Notes under the pieces: generated by a model
Told to the model about the DNA's origin: nothing
What the model saw: the letters and a program-made list of their open reading frames with translations, nothing else
Database searches by the model: none
Part shown: in pieces, positions 16,168 to 20,000 of the stretch
Position numbering within the stretch: position 1 is the stretch's first letter
How the letters are laid out: every line of letters starts with the position of its first letter
Position numbers and translations under genes: made by a program
Origin: an uncultured virus (IMG/VR IMGVR_UViG_3300042691_048250)
Taxonomy: Duplodnaviria; Heunggongvirae; Uroviricota; Caudoviricetes
Strand: one strand, 5' to 3'
Virus record (IMG/VR): IMGVR_UViG_3300042691_048250
Length of the DNA: 20,000 nucleotides

Positions 16168-16421
16168 GGCCTAAATTGATCGCGACACAGAATCTCGTCG
16201 ACATACACAACAGTCGAGACAAAGACAGTTTTAGATTTGCGGTGGAAATAACCAAGCCATGGGGTCGTTTAGAACCAATATTAGAGTGGTGCAAATCTGA
16301 GACCAAGGATGACTGGCGTTGGCAGATGGTCGACATGTCAACTGATCAAAGGCCGGGGCGTTATGTGTTTTACTTTGATGGTGAACGTGACTGCCTGGCG
16401 TTCACTCTCAAGTGGCGCTAA
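16140..16421 (+). CDS. Hypothetical phage protein
   Basis: ATG 16140 is preferred. Contains 'ILEWCK...WRW...YVFYFDGERDCLAFTLKW'. Confidence 0.75.
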   Translation: MRSSDQYQVGPKLIATQNLVDIHNSRDKDSFRFAVEITKPWGRLEPILEWCKSETKDDWRWQMVDMSTDQRPGRYVFYFDGERDCLAFTLKWR

Positions 16422-16434
16422 TTATCCTAAGAAC

Positions 16435-16463
16435 TTGACAACTAAAACTGGGTTTATTATACT
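16435..16463 (+). promoter_or_regulatory. Sigma70-type promoter
   Basis: TTGACA, 17 bp, TATACT. Confidence 0.8.
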
Positions 16464-16584
16464 GTAAGACCTTGCTATATAAAACTACGTCTCGACAGAG
16501 ACCACAGCGGCTTTTGCTATATTTTCGGGCCGTTGGTGTGTGAAAGAACAGCATTCATGCATTTAACCAAAGGAGGATAAAACG

Positions 16585-17127
16585 ATGGTAAAATATATGC
16601 GACATATCATTTTCGCACTGGCCGCCTTGACTGGATTGGCCTCCGTGGGCCTGGTAACATATGACAAGCTCCATGATCTCCGGATCAAAAAAGAATCCAC
16701 ACCTTACCAGTTCGTCACAGTCAAAGACCGTGAACGCCAACTGCAATGCATGACCAAGAACATCTACTACGAGGCTGGCGGAGAACCTGCCGAAGGCAAG
16801 TTGGCCGTGGCCCAGGTGGTATTGAATCGCGTGGAGAGCGGCCTTTTCGCCGATGATCCTTGCACAGTGATCCATCAGAAGAACGTGGTGTACAATCGCG
16901 TGGTATGCCAGTTCTCATGGCTGTGCGAAGATACTCACCGGATACGACCCGTGAATCAAAAGATCTGGGATGAAAGTTATGAAGCCGCCAAGATGGTGTT
17001 GTTAGAAGGATTCCGGCTGCCGGCACTGAAAGGTGCTCTGTATTTCCATGCCGACTATGTAACTCCGCAGTGGAAAAAAATTCGTGTGGCCAAGATCGGG
17101 CGGCACATATTCTATAAGGACATATGA
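16585..17127 (+). CDS. Cell wall hydrolase, SleB/Hydrolase_2 family
   Basis: N-terminal TM; 'CMTKNIYYEAGGEPAEGKLAVAQVVLNRV', 'QFSW', 'ALYFHADYVTPQW', 'IGRHIFY'. AAGGAGG RBS. Confidence 0.93.
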   Translation: MVKYMRHIIFALAALTGLASVGLVTYDKLHDLRIKKESTPYQFVTVKDRERQLQCMTKNIYYEAGGEPAEGKLAVAQVVLNRVESGLFADDPCTVIHQKNVVYNRVVCQFSWLCEDTHRIRPVNQKIWDESYEAAKMVLLEGFRLPALKGALYFHADYVTPQWKKIRVAKIGRHIFYKDI

Positions 17128-17438
17128 TGACTCTTAAAGACCTTGATGTGAAAAAAATCTTAGACTGGCTACAATCTCATATGGCACCAATATCGGCTGA
17201 AACACTGGGCTGGCTGGCCGTGATATTGATCCATTCAGCTACTATTCCTACCTTGTTAGCAGTGCTCACTGGACTTAGTGATCGCATGCCCACTGTGGAT
17301 CTGGTTCTGCTGACCTGGGCCGGACTCACTGCTTTGTTTGCACAGGCCTGTGTGCAAAGAAACTTCCTGCAGATCATAACTATAGCCGGTGGCTTTATCG
17401 TGCAAAGCAGTCTCATGGCTTTGATATTCTTCCGATAA
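17124..17438 (+). CDS. 3-TM membrane protein (PQ-loop/SemiSWEET-like, or holin candidate)
   Basis: ATGA-coupled to the hydrolase. 'ETLGWLAVILIHSATIPT' and three hydrophobic helices. Confidence 0.7.
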   Translation: MMTLKDLDVKKILDWLQSHMAPISAETLGWLAVILIHSATIPTLLAVLTGLSDRMPTVDLVLLTWAGLTALFAQACVQRNFLQIITIAGGFIVQSSLMALIFFR

Positions 17439-18164
17439 TTGGACTGCCAGATCTGGAATCAAGACTGTGTGTCGGGCATGCAGGATCATGTGCCCGATGC
17501 CACAGTGGATCTCATATTCACGGATCCGCCCTATGGTATAGATGGTGCCGGACTGGATTCACATTACAATCGCGATGACAGCAAGGTAATCCCCGGCTAT
17601 GTAGATATCGATAACACCGAATATGGATCTTGGTGCCAGGACTGGATCACTCAATGCGAACGTGTGCTACGGCCCGGTGGTTCCATGTACATCGTGTCGG
17701 GATACTCCAATCTGCATCACATACTCAATGCCTTGCATGCTACCCAATTACGAGAAATAAACCACTTGGTGGCCCAATACTCTTTTGGTGTGTATACCAA
17801 AAAGAAATGGGTCAGCAGCCACTATCATGTGCTGTTTTGGGCCAAACGCGAAACTGCCCGGCAGCCACGTACTTTCAACACCCATTGTAGGTTCGCTGAT
17901 ACCGCGGAATCCTACAACGATAGACTCACTGTGCAACGTCTACCTCGAGAATACAAGACCGGGGAGATCCGCAACAACAATCAACTATCCGAAGAATTCA
18001 TTGACAAATTCATAGAATACAGTTCCAATCCTGGTGACTTGATTTTGGATCCGTTTGGTGGCAGTTTCAGCACGGGCCGGTCAGCAAAGAGGCTGGGCCG
18101 GAGGTTTTATGGATTTGAAATCAACCCTCACGCCTATGGGCATTTTGGTTCAACTCTGGCTTGA
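17439..18164 (+). CDS. DNA methyltransferase, beta class (N6A/N4C)
   Basis: Motif IV DLIFTDPPY comes before motif I LILDPFGGS. TTG start immediately after the upstream TAA. Confidence 0.92.
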   Translation: MDCQIWNQDCVSGMQDHVPDATVDLIFTDPPYGIDGAGLDSHYNRDDSKVIPGYVDIDNTEYGSWCQDWITQCERVLRPGGSMYIVSGYSNLHHILNALHATQLREINHLVAQYSFGVYTKKKWVSSHYHVLFWAKRETARQPRTFNTHCRFADTAESYNDRLTVQRLPREYKTGEIRNNNQLSEEFIDKFIEYSSNPGDLILDPFGGSFSTGRSAKRLGRRFYGFEINPHAYGHFGSTLA

Positions 18165-18189
18165 CCAACCAGTCAACGTGCCATATAAT
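18161..18189 (+). promoter_or_regulatory. Sigma70-type promoter for the endonuclease and second MTase
   Basis: TTGACC, 17 bp, TATAAT. The -35 is part of the dyad TTGAC-CAACCA-GTCAA (18161-18176). Confidence 0.8.
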
Positions 18190-18217
18190 ATAACTCTTTA
18201 GGCAAAAAAGGTATGCC

Positions 18218-18832
18218 ATGATCAAAATCAGCGCCAAATCATTCCAAGCCGTGACCCAGCGCAATCGGGGTGAGTTTCCTCTGTACAGTAAACCCATATT
18301 GAATATTGCTACACAGAACAGCAAGGCCACGCAGGTCAAGATCGTTGGTTCTATGAAAGACCAATGGATGCAGTTCATGACCACCCGGGGCAGATCTGTG
18401 AGCGACTGGGAAACCTGGTACATGGCCAATGGAGGTCAGACCAAGATCGATCGAGCCACGGACAAGCTGTATGAAATGCTGTCTAAGATGCCTGTGGATC
18501 ACTCAGTGTTCACTCGCGATCTGGCCAATCTTTATATTCTGGATCTCGTGATAAACAAAACACACTATGGCATGAGTGGTGAATATCATGCAGTCTTGGC
18601 CGCGGCAGCCTACTTTGATCTACCACATAGGTTCAGCACCGCCGAAGAAGAATCTCAGGGCATTGATGCTTGGATTGGTAATCACCCTGTGCAGGTCAAG
18701 CCACATGACTCAGTCAAGATGCATCATGTGTATAATCATGCTGATGTGGGCAAAACCTTGGTCATAACATATGAAGCCAAGAAAGACTGTTGCTACATAC
18801 ACAATCCTGAGTTCGTCCGTGCTACCACTTGA
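18218..18832 (+). CDS. MjaI-family type II restriction endonuclease
   Basis: 'FPLYSKPILNIATQNSKATQVKIVGSM', 'DWETWY', 'DLVINKT' and 'STAEEESQGIDAWIGNHPVQVKP' (D...QxK catalytic core) follow the RE_MjaI pattern. Flanked by two MTases. Confidence 0.8.
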   Translation: MIKISAKSFQAVTQRNRGEFPLYSKPILNIATQNSKATQVKIVGSMKDQWMQFMTTRGRSVSDWETWYMANGGQTKIDRATDKLYEMLSKMPVDHSVFTRDLANLYILDLVINKTHYGMSGEYHAVLAAAAYFDLPHRFSTAEEESQGIDAWIGNHPVQVKPHDSVKMHHVYNHADVGKTLVITYEAKKDCCYIHNPEFVRATT

Positions 18833-19673
18833 TTCTATAATCAACAAAGATGTTTTGTTGGCCCTGAAAGATCTACCTGATGACAGTGTAGATTTGGTCA
18901 TGACCAGTCCTCCTTACAACTGTGGCATCGCTTATGATGCCTGCGATGATAGCCGTCCTTGGAATGAGTATCTCACTTGGACTCGAGATTGGATCACTGA
19001 AGTGCGCCGGGTTCTCAAACCCGAAGGACGTTTTGCAATCAATCACTTGGTAGAGATGGGATTGCCGGCCAATGGCAAAAAGAACGGGCGAAGAGTCAGT
19101 CCACAAGTAGAGTTGTACAACATCATCACCGATCTTGGCATGCCAATAGTGGCCCAGCCCATGTGGGCCGATCTCACGAGATCAACTCTGACATCATGGG
19201 GATCATGGTTAAGTGCATCTGCTCCTTACATCTATAATCCCATGGAAGTGATCCTGATCGGAAGCAAAACCGATCAGTGGAAAAAAGTGCGCGATAAAAA
19301 AAATCCTGGCCGCAACAGCATCAGCAAAGAAGATTTCATGAAAGGTGTGTCGGGCGTGTGGAATATGACTCCTGAGACGCGAGGATTGACCATGGCTAAC
19401 TTTCCAGTGAGCCTGCCTAAACTTTGCATTGAACTTTTGTCCTTTGAGGACGATGTGGTGCTTGATCCGTTCATGGGTTCTGGTACCACGGCCATCGCGG
19501 CACTGATGACTGGACGCAGATACGTGGGCATAGAGATCAGCAATACCTATCATGCCGTGGCCGAACAGAGGATACGGCACTGGCATGCCACTGGTGAAAC
19601 ACACCTACCGGCAGAGAAAAAACCTCGGCGCACTGTGGTGCCAGCCAATCCAGAACTATTTCCAGATCTATAA
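18819..19673 (+). CDS. DNA methyltransferase, beta class, probably N4-cytosine
   Basis: VDLVMTSPPY (the SPPY type is usually m4C), NFPVSLP, VLDPFMGSGTT. Likely GTG start at 18819. Confidence 0.92.
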   Translation: MLPLDSIINKDVLLALKDLPDDSVDLVMTSPPYNCGIAYDACDDSRPWNEYLTWTRDWITEVRRVLKPEGRFAINHLVEMGLPANGKKNGRRVSPQVELYNIITDLGMPIVAQPMWADLTRSTLTSWGSWLSASAPYIYNPMEVILIGSKTDQWKKVRDKKNPGRNSISKEDFMKGVSGVWNMTPETRGLTMANFPVSLPKLCIELLSFEDDVVLDPFMGSGTTAIAALMTGRRYVGIEISNTYHAVAEQRIRHWHATGETHLPAEKKPRRTVVPANPELFPDL

Positions 19674-19726
19674 GTTAGTATGCACTGACCCCGCAGGTTG
19701 ACCAAAAATATCCTTTTTGCTATACT
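19673..19726 (+). promoter_or_regulatory. Dyad plus sigma70-type promoter
   Basis: AGTTAG-TATGCA-CTGACC, then TTGACC (19698), 17 bp, TATACT (19721). AAGGAG RBS downstream. Confidence 0.8.
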
Positions 19727-19753
19727 ATGGGCATACTGTAAAAAGGAGCATGT

Positions 19754-20000
19754 ATGAAACTGGACCGCTGGACACATTTCAATCTCAGCAGAGAAGATCA
19801 GCAGTTTTTTGAAGCATTCGCCAGCCCAGATCACGAGGCCAGCATAGTCAAAGATGTACCTATCAGTGCCTTGCCTGAGGTACAGGCAGTGCTCCGCAAA
19901 GTGCGAGCCTTGAGTGGTAAAAAGACCTATGTCATGTTCCGTGGACCCAAAAATCGGTATTATCAGCAGAGCACAACCTGGAAACAGGATGCTAACCGTT
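19754..20000 (+). CDS. Hypothetical protein (5' part, runs off the window)
   Basis: MKLDRWTHFNLSREDQQFFEAFASPDHEAS...YVMFRGPKNRYYQQSTTWKQDANR, open to the window end. Confidence 0.75.
   Translation, partial: MKLDRWTHFNLSREDQQFFEAFASPDHEASIVKDVPISALPEVQAVLRKVRALSGKKTYVMFRGPKNRYYQQSTTWKQDANR

Noticed and set aside
321..19834. Numerous antisense or alternate-frame ORFs in the track (for example 549-935, 3100-3471, 13122-13652, 13480-14031, 19209-19604)
   Set aside because: They are shadows of well-supported genes, without RBS or protein-like motifs.
1..20000. Stop-codon reassignment as seen in some large phages
   Set aside because: Recognisable genes are full-length in the standard code, and TAG, TGA and TAA all end genes at sensible coupled junctions.

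Overview
This is a gene-dense, mostly plus-strand segment that reads as part of a large tailed-phage genome. It has many short unknown ORFs with coupled start/stop codons, repeated sigma70-type TTGACC promoters, and TAAATA (T4-like late) motifs ahead of the minus-strand genes. Recognisable genes, from left to right: an envelope trio (a 44-aa entericidin-like lipoprotein missed by the ORF track, plus two LPP20/FlgT-like exported proteins); two different ClpP proteases; a large minus-strand protein with a possible PD-(D/E)xK-like motif; two paralogous putative glycosyltransferase-like proteins; two radical SAM enzymes (one apparently split from its SPASM-like domain); three tiny coupled minus-strand ORFs; SWIM, DUF1281/Api92-like, DUF2452-like and GGCT proteins; a SleB-type cell wall hydrolase; and an MTase / MjaI-like endonuclease / MTase restriction-modification cassette. 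By eye, CTAG is almost absent from the window. Several promoters share a palindromic spacer and an upstream GGTTAG-N5/6-CTAACC dyad. No tRNA, rRNA, CRISPR array or transposase was seen. All family assignments come from motif recognition by eye, not database searches.
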